Source: Lachnospiraceae bacterium
Lineage (GTDB): Bacteria > Bacillota > Clostridia > Lachnospirales > Lachnospiraceae
Length of the DNA: 64,000 bases
Direction of reading: 5' to 3'
Assembly: GCA_036723975.1 (NCBI GenBank)
Contig: DAIMGJ010000006.1
Location: 35,944 to 99,943, forward strand
The position numbers were made by a program, and so were the translations under genes. The notes under the pieces are model-generated. The model searched no databases. It worked only from the letters and a program-made list of their open reading frames with translations, and was not told where the DNA came from. Of this stretch, positions 20,644-29,445 are shown piece after piece. The stretch's first letter is position 1; every line of letters begins with the position of its first letter.

Positions 20644-22179
20644 TTGTATAGTGTTGTTTCGACTGCCATAGTAAATGGTATTGATGGTGTACCGGTGTCT
20701 GTGGAAGCAGATATTTCCGAAGGTATGCCGGTGTTTGAAATGGTTGGATTTTTAGGGGCTGAAGTTCGGGAGGCAAAAGAACGGGTTCGAATTGCATTAA
20801 AGAATTGTGGTTATCATTTGCCGGTGAAGCGTATCACCATTAACATTCTTCCTGCCGGTATAAAAAAAACAGGAAGCGGCTTTGATTTACCTATAGCGAT
20901 TTCCCTTCTTTCTGCTATGGAAATCATAAAAGAAACAGACTTTTCCAATTTATTCTTTGTCGGTGAACTGGGATTGGACGGAACGATTCACGGCGTGAAC
21001 GGAATATTATCAATGGTATCCGGTGCATCCGATATAGGGAAAAAAGTTTTTGTTGTTCCCATGGAAAACAGGGTAGAAGCGATGCTAATCCCTGATATTA
21101 CCGTAGTGGGAGTATCTACCTTGCAAGAAACAATTCTTTTTCTAAACGAAAATCTTGTTCCGATACAGTACTCCTGTAAGAAATCCAACAACTCAAATCT
21201 TGATGCAGTAGGTGATTTTTCCGATATCAATGGACAGGAATTTGTAAAACGGGCATGTGAAGTGGCTTGCAGTGGAATGCACAATCTTTTGATGGTAGGT
21301 CCTCCGGGTGCGGGAAAAACCATGATAGCAAAATGTATTCCATCCATTCTTCCGGAAATGTCAAAAGAAGAACAACTTATACTGTCAAAGATATACAGCA
21401 TTTGCGGTTTATTTGGAGAACGGGAAGAACTTTTGTCTGTACGACCGTTTCGAAATCCCCATCATACCATCAGTCCGGCGGGACTTACGGGCGGCGGGGG
21501 AAGTACCATTCGACCCGGGGAGATATCACTTGCTTCAAAAGGAGTGTTGTTTTTGGATGAGTTGCCGGAGTTTCGAAATGAAACTTTGGAGGTTCTTCGA
21601 CAACCGTTAGAAGAGAAAAAAGTGCATATTACAAGAGCAAAAGGAGATTATACTTTTCCTGCGGATTTCACTTTGGTAGCCGCTATGAACCCCTGTAAAT
21701 GTGGCTATTTCCCGAACTTTAACAAGTGTACCTGTAATAAACAATCCATAAGGAATTACCTTGGACGAATCTCTCAACCGCTGTTGGACCGCATTGACTT
21801 GTGTGTGCATATAGAAGAAGTTCCTTTTAAAGATATATCATCGGTTCGCGTGAATGAATCATCCGAGAGTATTCGAAAACGCGTGGAAAAAGTACATGCA
21901 ATTCAAAAGAATCGATATAAAGATGAAGGTTTTTCCTACAACCATCAAATCCCGGTAAATAAAATGGATACCTACTGCAAGTTGGATGAGGAAAGCTTTT
22001 CTTATATGGAGAAAATGTTTGATGAAGTGGGGCTTACGGCCCGGACTTATCACAGAATTTTAAAAGTGAGTCGCACCATTGCGGATATGGATGAAAAAGA
22101 AAACATCGAACTTTGTCACTTGAAAGAAGCGTTTTTATATCGGAGTATGGACAAACGATATTGGGAGAAAATTCTATGA
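20644..22179 (+). CDS. YifB/ComM family ATPase (Mg-chelatase-like)
   Basis: TTG start. Lon-protease-like N-domain, Walker A GPPGAGKT, LFLDELPEF Walker B, C-terminal Mg-chelatase subunit ChlI-like domain. Confidence 0.93.
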   Translation: MYSVVSTAIVNGIDGVPVSVEADISEGMPVFEMVGFLGAEVREAKERVRIALKNCGYHLPVKRITINILPAGIKKTGSGFDLPIAISLLSAMEIIKETDFSNLFFVGELGLDGTIHGVNGILSMVSGASDIGKKVFVVPMENRVEAMLIPDITVVGVSTLQETILFLNENLVPIQYSCKKSNNSNLDAVGDFSDINGQEFVKRACEVACSGMHNLLMVGPPGAGKTMIAKCIPSILPEMSKEEQLILSKIYSICGLFGEREELLSVRPFRNPHHTISPAGLTGGGGSTIRPGEISLASKGVLFLDELPEFRNETLEVLRQPLEEKKVHITRAKGDYTFPADFTLVAAMNPCKCGYFPNFNKCTCNKQSIRNYLGRISQPLLDRIDLCVHIEEVPFKDISSVRVNESSESIRKRVEKVHAIQKNRYKDEGFSYNHQIPVNKMDTYCKLDEESFSYMEKMFDEVGLTARTYHRILKVSRTIADMDEKENIELCHLKEAFLYRSMDKRYWEKIL

Positions 22180-23261
22180 AATATAAGTATTATTTAGCTT
22201 GTAACTACTTTTTTACCAATAAAGAGAAACGTTTCTTATATGAAGCTTTTCATGATTATGAAGAAATTTATCGGCAATCAAAAAATGATTTGATGAAGCT
22301 TTCGTTTTTGAACAAGGAAAGCATAGAAAAAAGCATAGAATTCAAAAATCATTTTTACTTAGACGAAGAATATGAAGCTTTTCTGCAAAACGGTATGGGA
22401 GTTGTTTGTTACTTTGACGAGGAGTTCCCTCAGAAACTTCGAAACATTCATAACCCTCCGTTTCAATTGTTTTATTTCGGAAGATTGCCGAAGAAAGAGG
22501 AGCGAATTATTTCCGTAGTGGGAGCAAGAAGATGTAGCGGATACGGAAAAGAGATGACGCTTAAGTTTTCGGAAGAATTGGCACAAAAGGGTTTTTCTGT
22601 GGTTAGCGGTTTGGCCATGGGTGTGGACGGATATGCCCACGAGGGAGCTTTAAAAGGAAAAGGAGATACCTATGCTATTTTAGGTTGCGGTGTGGATATA
22701 TGTTATCCTCCGAATCATCATAAATTGTATGAAGAAATAAAACATAAGGGTGGGGTGATTTCGGAATATGCTCCCCACACCAATCCCATGCCGGAGTTTT
22801 TTCCTAATCGGAATCGAATCATTTCCGGATTGTGTGATGTGCTTTTGGTCATGGAGGCAAAAGAGCACAGCGGTTCTTTGATTACAGCAAATTTTGCCTT
22901 AGAGCAGGGAAAAGATGTGTTTGCAATGCCCGGCAGAATTACAGATACGTTAAGCAGCGGGTCCAACAAACTTATTGCACAGGGAGCCGGGATTATTTGT
23001 TCTGTTTCCCAATTGATCTCTGATATAAATGAATTGAAAAATTGGAACTATAATCCGACGGAATGCATTTATCACAAAAAATTGAACCTTGAAAAAGAAG
23101 ATTTGTTGGTGTATAGTTGTTTCGATTTTAACTCAAAAAGCATCGATGAAATCGTTACAGAGACTGATTTAGAGCTTATGACGGTATTGCGTTGTGTTTT
23201 ACATTTGTCCGATTTGGGTTTGATCGAAGAGAGTTTTATGAATCAATACATAAAGGTTTAA
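22176..23261 (+). CDS. dprA: DNA-processing protein DprA
   Basis: Rossmann-like core VVSGLAMGVDGYAHEGAL...GSLITANFALEQGKDVFAMPG. ATGA overlap with the preceding stop. Confidence 0.93.
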   Translation: MKYKYYLACNYFFTNKEKRFLYEAFHDYEEIYRQSKNDLMKLSFLNKESIEKSIEFKNHFYLDEEYEAFLQNGMGVVCYFDEEFPQKLRNIHNPPFQLFYFGRLPKKEERIISVVGARRCSGYGKEMTLKFSEELAQKGFSVVSGLAMGVDGYAHEGALKGKGDTYAILGCGVDICYPPNHHKLYEEIKHKGGVISEYAPHTNPMPEFFPNRNRIISGLCDVLLVMEAKEHSGSLITANFALEQGKDVFAMPGRITDTLSSGSNKLIAQGAGIICSVSQLISDINELKNWNYNPTECIYHKKLNLEKEDLLVYSCFDFNSKSIDEIVTETDLELMTVLRCVLHLSDLGLIEESFMNQYIKV

Positions 23262-23272
23262 GGGAAAAGACT

Positions 23273-25342
23273 GTGAAAAATCTCGTGATTGTGGAGTCGC
23301 CCACAAAGGTTAAAACAATCAAAAAATTCTTAGGAAAGAATTTTGAAGTTATGGCTTCAAACGGCCATGTTCGTGATTTGCCAAAGTCCCAGTTGGGAAT
23401 TGATTGCGATCATGATTTTGAACCAAAGTATATTACGATTCGAGGAAAGGGAGACCTTTTGGCTGAACTCCGTAAAGAAGCAAAAAAAGCCGATAAAATT
23501 TATCTTGCAACTGACCCGGACCGCGAGGGAGAGGCGATTTCATGGCATTTGACAAAGGCGTTGAATCTCGAAGAGGGAAAATATGTCCGTATTACATTTA
23601 ATGAAATCACCAAAAATGCAGTAAAAAATTCATTCAAGAATCCAAGAGAAATCGATATGAATCTTGTGAATGCACAACAGACCAGACGTATCTTGGATCG
23701 TATTGTGGGATATCGCATTTCTCCGGTATTGTGGGTAAAGGTAAAGCGTGGCCTTTCTGCTGGTAGAGTACAATCTTCTACATTAAATATCATTTGTAAC
23801 AGAGAAGAGGAAATCAATGATTTTGTTCCTCAGGAATATTACACTTTGGATGCGACTTTAAAGAACGGAAAGAAAACGTTTCCGGTATCTTTCTATGGTA
23901 CAAAGGATAAAAAACTTGAAATCAGTGATAAAGAGTCCCTGGAAAAGATTCTGAAAGAAATCGGAAACAGCGATTTTGTTGTGGACGAGATTAAGACATC
24001 CAAACGTACCCGTAAGTCACCCCTTCCGTTTACCACATCCACCATGCAGCAGGAAGCCTCCAAAGCATTGAACTTTTCCATCCAAAAAACCATGCAGGTG
24101 GCACAGCAACTTTACGAAGGTGTTAATGTCAAGGGAAGCGGAACGGTAGGTCTTATTACTTATCTTCGTACAGACTCTATTCGTATTTCCGATGAAGCAA
24201 AGGCTTTGGCAAAGGAGTTTATTACCGAAAAGTACGGTTCCTCCTACTATAAACCCTATAATCCTCCGATGAAGGGAAAAAAGGGAAATATTCAGGATGC
24301 CCATGAAGCCATCCGTCCTTCCGATATTGGTCGCATTCCATCTGAAATTGCAGATTCTTTGACTAAAGATCAATTGAAATTGTATTCCTTGATATATTAC
24401 CGCTTTTTGGCTTCTCAGATGGCGGATTCCGAATATGATGTTTTATCTCTTCGATTTGCTGCAAAGGGGTATATCTTTACTCAGTCAGAGTCAAAAAAGA
24501 CATTTGACGGTTTTACCGCAATATATGAAGAGGCGGATGAAAAGGATACTGAGACCAAATATCAGCTTTCTTCCTTGCATGTGAAGGACAGCCTTCCTTG
24601 CAATGAACTTGTGGAAAAGCAGCACTTTACCCAGGCACCGCCTCGATTTACGGAAGCTTCTTTGGTTCATACCTTAGAAGAACTCGGAATCGGACGACCA
24701 AGTACCTATTCACCGATTATTACAACGCTTTTAAAGCGTCGTTATATTACCAAAGAAGGACGACAGATTTACGTTACAGAGTTGGGAGATATCGTTAACG
24801 ATATTATGAAAAAATCTTTCCCAACCATTGTAAACCAAAACTTTACTGCAAATCTGGAAGGGCTTTTGGATGGAGTGGAAGACGGTTCCGTTGAGTGGAA
24901 ATCCGTAGTCCGAAACTTCTATCCGGATTTGGATGAGCAGGTTCGCCAGGCAGAAAAAGAACTTGAAAAAGTGAAAATAGAGCCTGAAGTTACGGATGTA
25001 GTTTGCGAAAAGTGTGGACGTAAAATGATTGTAAAATACGGTCCGAAAGGAAAGTTCCTGGGATGCCCGGGGTATCCGGAATGTGTCAATGCAAAACCGT
25101 ATCTTAAGAATATCGGTGTGAATTGCCCGGTCTGCGGCAAGGAATTGGTGGAAAGAAGATCCAAAAAGGGACGTAAGTTCTATGGCTGCGAAGGGTATCC
25201 TGACTGCGACTTTTCAAGCTGGCAGATACCGGTAAACAAGAAATGCCCGAAATGCGGTAGTTATATGGTTCGAAAAGGAAATAAAATCGTTTGTGCTTCT
25301 GATACATGTGGCTACAGCGAATCGTCTAAAAATGAAGATTAA
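23273..25342 (+). CDS. topA: DNA topoisomerase I (type IA)
   Basis: GTG start followed by KNLVIVESPTK (Toprim). EGEAISWH. Active-site region ITYLRTDS. Three C-terminal CxxC...CxxC zinc ribbons. Confidence 0.96.
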   Translation: MKNLVIVESPTKVKTIKKFLGKNFEVMASNGHVRDLPKSQLGIDCDHDFEPKYITIRGKGDLLAELRKEAKKADKIYLATDPDREGEAISWHLTKALNLEEGKYVRITFNEITKNAVKNSFKNPREIDMNLVNAQQTRRILDRIVGYRISPVLWVKVKRGLSAGRVQSSTLNIICNREEEINDFVPQEYYTLDATLKNGKKTFPVSFYGTKDKKLEISDKESLEKILKEIGNSDFVVDEIKTSKRTRKSPLPFTTSTMQQEASKALNFSIQKTMQVAQQLYEGVNVKGSGTVGLITYLRTDSIRISDEAKALAKEFITEKYGSSYYKPYNPPMKGKKGNIQDAHEAIRPSDIGRIPSEIADSLTKDQLKLYSLIYYRFLASQMADSEYDVLSLRFAAKGYIFTQSESKKTFDGFTAIYEEADEKDTETKYQLSSLHVKDSLPCNELVEKQHFTQAPPRFTEASLVHTLEELGIGRPSTYSPIITTLLKRRYITKEGRQIYVTELGDIVNDIMKKSFPTIVNQNFTANLEGLLDGVEDGSVEWKSVVRNFYPDLDEQVRQAEKELEKVKIEPEVTDVVCEKCGRKMIVKYGPKGKFLGCPGYPECVNAKPYLKNIGVNCPVCGKELVERRSKKGRKFYGCEGYPDCDFSSWQIPVNKKCPKCGSYMVRKGNKIVCASDTCGYSESSKNED

Positions 25343-25390
25343 TTTATGAAATAGACACATAAATTGTGAAATTTTTATTAATATTTTTTA

Positions 25391-25405
25391 AATTGATTGA
25401 AAATT
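25391..25405 (+). promoter_or_regulatory. candidate CodY box in the codY promoter region
   Basis: AATTGATTGAAAATT matches 12 of 15 positions of the CodY consensus AATTTTCWGAAAATT and sits just upstream of TATAAT (25411-25416). Confidence 0.3.
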
Positions 25406-25449
25406 TCGCCATATAATGTTAAAATAATAGCACTTGTGGAGGAATTTTT

Positions 25450-26226
25450 ATGAGTGTACAGTTATTAGATAAAACACGTAAGATTGGTAAGTTATTGCAT
25501 AACAACAATAGTTCAAAAGTTGTCTTTAACGATATCTGCCAGGTCCTTACAGAAATATTGGATTCTAATATTTTAGTTATTTCAAAGAAAGGAAAAGCAC
25601 TTGGTATTTCTCATTCCGAGCATACCGAAGACATTACCGAACTTATGGTTGGCAAAGTCGGTGGCTTTATCGATCCGGAATTAAACGAGAGATTGCTTTC
25701 CATTCTTTCTACAAAAGAAAATGTTAATCTTGCAACATTAGGCTTTGAAAAGACGGATATTCATCGCTATGCTGCAATCATTACACCGATTGATATCGCC
25801 GGAGAGCGTTTGGGAACACTGTTTGTATATCGTTTCGATCGTCAATACGATATCGATGATATTATTCTTTCTGAATACGGTACAACAGTGGTTGGACTTG
25901 AAATGATGCGTTCCGTTAACGAAGAGAATGCAGAAGAAAATCGTAAAAAACAGATTGTGAAATCTGCCATCAATACACTTTCTTTCTCCGAGCAGGAGGC
26001 GATTATTCATATTTTTGAAGAGTTGGATGGAAATGAAGGTATTTTAGTTGCTTCCAAGATTGCAGATCGTGTCGGTATTACAAGATCAGTTATTGTAAAT
26101 GCACTTCGTAAGTTTGAAAGTGCCGGCGTTATTGAGTCTCGTTCTTCCGGAATGAAGGGAACTTATATCAAGGTGTTAAATGATGTGGTATTTGATGAGT
26201 TGGAATCCCTTAAGAATAACGATTAA
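25450..26226 (+). CDS. codY: GTP-sensing pleiotropic transcriptional repressor CodY
   Basis: 258 aa, GAF domain plus wHTH ASKIADRVGITRSVIVNALRKFESAGVIESRS. Confidence 0.98.
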   Translation: MSVQLLDKTRKIGKLLHNNNSSKVVFNDICQVLTEILDSNILVISKKGKALGISHSEHTEDITELMVGKVGGFIDPELNERLLSILSTKENVNLATLGFEKTDIHRYAAIITPIDIAGERLGTLFVYRFDRQYDIDDIILSEYGTTVVGLEMMRSVNEENAEENRKKQIVKSAINTLSFSEQEAIIHIFEELDGNEGILVASKIADRVGITRSVIVNALRKFESAGVIESRSSGMKGTYIKVLNDVVFDELESLKNND

Positions 26227-26237
26227 TCTGCCGATAT
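26211..26237 (+). promoter_or_regulatory. sigma-D (sigma-28)-like promoter motif overlapping the codY stop
   Basis: TAAG-N15-GCCGATAT versus the B. subtilis sigma-D consensus TAAA-N15-GCCGATAT. Confidence 0.4.
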
Positions 26238-26270
26238 ACCTTTAAAGTATATACAAGGATGAGTTTTATA

Positions 26271-26311
26271 AAAGGATTTATAGTTTTTGCTATAAATCCT
26301 TTTTTGTTTTT
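26271..26311 (+). terminator. intrinsic terminator after codY
   Basis: AAAGGATTTATAG-TTTTTG-CTATAAATCCTTT followed by TTTGTTTTT. An A-tract upstream allows bidirectional function. Confidence 0.75.
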
Positions 26312-26400
26312 CTGAAATCCCCGGGACTGGCCGCATATGAACAAAATCATAAATCTTGTGGGTGAATGAAATTTAAAACACAATATAATGTAAAAACCAC

Positions 26401-26428
26401 TTGTCTTTTTATAAAATTACTTTATAAT
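26401..26428 (+). promoter_or_regulatory. candidate sigma-A promoter of the fla/che operon
   Basis: TTGTCT-N16-TATAAT about 37 nt upstream of the flgB ATG. Confidence 0.4.
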
Positions 26429-26464
26429 ATTAGAAGAGTGGGTTAGTGAAAATAGGAGGAAACT

Positions 26465-26863
26465 ATGATTAATTCAGATGCATTTTCGTACATCAATGTT
26501 ATGGATAAAGCGGCAGATGCCAGTTTCAAGCGTGAAACACTAATCGCCAATAACATAGCAAATGCGGATACCCCCACCTACAAAAGAAAAGATTTGGATT
26601 TCCAAAGTGTTTTGGAACATGAACTTCGTACCGGTTGTACAAAATATTCCAACCTTGATGGAGTAGTTAAGCATATGGAAACCGCAAATCTTAACCCTAA
26701 GGAATATCGCGATTATGAATATTATTCTTATCGAATCGATAAAAATAACGTGGATCCGGATACGGAAAATGTGGAACTTGCTTCCGAACAGTTGCGTTAT
26801 CAGGAACTTACCACATCTATTTCTCAGGATTTTTCACACTTTAAAACAGCAATCGGAAGTTAA
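26465..26863 (+). CDS. flgB: flagellar basal-body rod protein FlgB
   Basis: 132 aa, N-terminal rod motif LIANNIANADTPTYKRKD. First gene after codY, as in B. subtilis. Confidence 0.93.
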   Translation: MINSDAFSYINVMDKAADASFKRETLIANNIANADTPTYKRKDLDFQSVLEHELRTGCTKYSNLDGVVKHMETANLNPKEYRDYEYYSYRIDKNNVDPDTENVELASEQLRYQELTTSISQDFSHFKTAIGS

Positions 26864-26878
26864 TAAAAGGAGGCGTTT

Positions 26879-27325
26879 ATGGGATTGTTTCAATCATTTG
26901 ATATTGCCGCAAGCGGTATGACAGCACAGCGTTTCCGTATGGATACCATTGCTGAAAATATTGCCAATATCAATACTACAAGAGATGAAAACGGCGAACC
27001 TTATCGCCGAAAAATCGTTACATTTGAAGAAAAAAACCTTACTGCCATGTCATTTCGCGACACTTTAAGCTATGTCAATGCTTACAAGGGCAACGGTGTA
27101 AAAGTATCCGGCGTTCATGAGGATTATGAAACGGATTTTGTTATGGAATACGATCCGGCTCATCCGGATGCGGATGAAAACGGATATGTTACTTATCCAA
27201 ACGTTAATACGGTTACCGAGATGACGAATCTTATTGATGCATCTCGCGGCTATCAGGCCAACGTGACTGCGTTTAATGCTCTAAAGGCCATGACAAGCCA
27301 GGGCATTAGCATCGGCCAATCATAG
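26879..27325 (+). CDS. flgC: flagellar basal-body rod protein FlgC
   Basis: FDIAASGMTAQRFRMDTIAENIANINTT and C-terminal NVNTVTEMTNLIDASRGYQAN. Confidence 0.96.
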   Translation: MGLFQSFDIAASGMTAQRFRMDTIAENIANINTTRDENGEPYRRKIVTFEEKNLTAMSFRDTLSYVNAYKGNGVKVSGVHEDYETDFVMEYDPAHPDADENGYVTYPNVNTVTEMTNLIDASRGYQANVTAFNALKAMTSQGISIGQS

Positions 27326-27350
27326 TTTTAGTTAAAAGAACGGAGTTATT

Positions 27351-27665
27351 ATGGATATTACAGCCATTACAAACTTATATCAAAGTACACCGGTTAAGGA
27401 TTCTACCAATACCGTATCCATTCCCACCAACAATTCCGAGGATTTTGATTCGATTTTTAAATCCGTTATGAATATGGTGGGAGAGACAAATACGTTGCAG
27501 AACAAAGCTTCTGCGGAAGAAATCAAATTCGCCTTGGGCGAATCGGATAATACGCATGATTTAATGATCGCCCAACAAAAAGCGGGGGTTGCGTTGTCAT
27601 ACACGGTAGCGGTAAGAGATAAATTCTTACAGAGCTATCAGACCATTATGAATATGCAGATATAA
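27351..27665 (+). CDS. fliE: flagellar hook-basal body complex protein FliE
   Basis: 104 aa, C-terminal LMIAQQKAGVALSYTVAVRDKFLQSYQTIMNMQI typical of FliE. Confidence 0.9.
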   Translation: MDITAITNLYQSTPVKDSTNTVSIPTNNSEDFDSIFKSVMNMVGETNTLQNKASAEEIKFALGESDNTHDLMIAQQKAGVALSYTVAVRDKFLQSYQTIMNMQI

Positions 27666-27676
27666 AGTAGATGATA

Positions 27677-27794
27677 AGAAATATAATTTCAAATTTATTT
27701 GGAATTATATTTCTATCAGATACTAAAACACATGAGTATTTTTTGAATGTAATGAAAAAAATACTCATGTGTTCAGAATTACGAAGTAATTCTG
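27677..27794 (+). other. three consecutive stem-loops in the fliE-fliF spacer
   Basis: Hairpin 1, 27677-27714 (14 bp). Hairpin 2, 27727-27773 (18 perfect bp). Hairpin 3, 27774-27794 (CAGAATTAC-GAA-GTAATTCTG, then TTTATAT). Confidence 0.7.
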
Positions 27795-27836
27795 TTTATA
27801 TGTAAATACAGTTTTTAGGTTTAGGAGAGTAGGAAC

Positions 27837-29444
27837 ATGCCTGAACAATTGCAAAACATCATCAACAAAATCAAAGACTGGTGGTCCAAGTATGACGCCA
27901 AACAAAAGGCCATGATGATTTCCGCTGTGTCAGTGGTTGTGGTTGCCCTTGTGATTCTTGGGTTTGTTGTATCACGTCCCACATGGAAGATTTTAGCTAC
28001 CGTGACCAGTGCTACGGAGGCACAATCTATTCAGTCCATCATGAGTGAAAACAATATTGAGGCCCAAATGGAACAGCAGGGCGGAGCTTATGTTTTTAAA
28101 GTTAAAAGCGAGGATGAGACCCAGGCGGGGATGCTTCTTGGTACAAATAATATTCCTTCCGCGCGTTATTCCATTGATAATGTCTTGGATGGAAGCTTTA
28201 CATCCACGGAAGCAGATAAACAGAAAAAGTATTTGCAGTTTTTACAGGATGAATTTGCAGATTATTTGGAGTCAATGGACACGATTAATTCCGCAAAAGT
28301 AACTCTTAATATTCCGGATGATGACGGCACATTGATTGCCAATGATGCAGACTCTTATTGTTCCGTTGTCGTGGATGGTTCATTGGATCAGGAAGGTGCT
28401 GCTGCCGTTGCACAGTACTTGGCTACCAATTTGGGAAATGACAATACAAAAAATATTACCATTTTGGATCGCAAGTCCAATGTTTTGTTCTCCGGAGGAG
28501 ATGAGGCTACCACAGCAGGTATTGCCGCTTCCAACCAAAAGGTAAAGCAGGAAGCTGAAACTTTGATGGTCAATAAAGTTAAAAATATTTTATCAGAGTC
28601 TGAAAACGGAACAGCAATTTTTGATAACACCCAGATTGCAGTTAACTTAAACATGAATTTCGATGACACCAATAAGGTAAAGTACGATTATTCTGTTGAT
28701 GACGACCGTACAGAAGGATATTTAAGCTCTGAAACACATTCGGAAGCGCAGTCCAATTCCGGTGTAGCGGGAACACCCGGTACCGATTCCAATGATGATA
28801 CCACTTATGTCATAGAAGATGGAGAAAACACATCATCTTCTTCCGAGGACTACACCAGGAACTATTTACCGGACGAAGAAATCACGACAACGAACGGTGA
28901 AAAAGGTAAGGTGGATTATACAGCCTCAACTCTTTCCATCGTGGCTTATCGTTATGTTACCTATAATGAAGACTTGATGAAGGCAAACGGTGAATTGGAA
29001 GATACCACCTTTGAACAGTTTGCCGCAACAAACGGCGATATTACAAAGACAGAGGTGGATGAGGATATTGTTACAGCCGTATCCAATGCCACCAGCATAC
29101 CGACCACGAACATTTCGGTACTTACCTATGATGTACCTATGTTTGAATATTCACAAAAGGGATTTGATATCACGGATTATCTCGAGATAATCATGGCACT
29201 TCTTATCTTTGCAATGCTGGGATTTGTAGTATTCAAGACCCTTCGCAAGGAAGAAGAGGAAGAAGTTCAAGAAGAAGTTTCTGTGGAAACTTTGCTTGAA
29301 CAGCAGGCAGTGGAAGAAAATCTTGAAGACATCGGATTTAATGAGAAGTCCGAGGCTCGTATTTTGATAGAGAAGTTTGTGGATGAAAAACCGGAGGCGG
29401 TTGCGTCCTTGTTACGTAACTGGCTAAACGAAGATTGGGGATAA
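27837..29444 (+). CDS. fliF: flagellar MS-ring protein FliF
   Basis: 535 aa, N-terminal TM, YscJ/FliF ring domains, second TM near the C-terminus, FliG-binding tail LLRNWLNEDW. Confidence 0.95.
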   Translation: MPEQLQNIINKIKDWWSKYDAKQKAMMISAVSVVVVALVILGFVVSRPTWKILATVTSATEAQSIQSIMSENNIEAQMEQQGGAYVFKVKSEDETQAGMLLGTNNIPSARYSIDNVLDGSFTSTEADKQKKYLQFLQDEFADYLESMDTINSAKVTLNIPDDDGTLIANDADSYCSVVVDGSLDQEGAAAVAQYLATNLGNDNTKNITILDRKSNVLFSGGDEATTAGIAASNQKVKQEAETLMVNKVKNILSESENGTAIFDNTQIAVNLNMNFDDTNKVKYDYSVDDDRTEGYLSSETHSEAQSNSGVAGTPGTDSNDDTTYVIEDGENTSSSSEDYTRNYLPDEEITTTNGEKGKVDYTASTLSIVAYRYVTYNEDLMKANGELEDTTFEQFAATNGDITKTEVDEDIVTAVSNATSIPTTNISVLTYDVPMFEYSQKGFDITDYLEIIMALLIFAMLGFVVFKTLRKEEEEEVQEEVSVETLLEQQAVEENLEDIGFNEKSEARILIEKFVDEKPEAVASLLRNWLNEDWG

Positions 29445-29445
29445 A

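Noticed and set aside
26259-26315. 18-codon ORF (MSFIKGFIVFAINPFLFF) spanning the codY terminator hairpin, considered as a leader peptide
   Set aside because: Its AAGGA abuts the ATG with no spacer. The peptide is simply a translation of the hairpin arms, so there is no support for it.
26227-26464. Searched the codY-flgB spacer for a c-di-GMP-I (GEMM) riboswitch or an invertible flagellar switch like the one upstream of C. difficile flgB
   Set aside because: There is no GEMM-like conserved core, and no long inverted repeats flank a segment. Only the terminator hairpin and a 7-bp TTATAAA/TTTATAA repeat around the -10 region are present.
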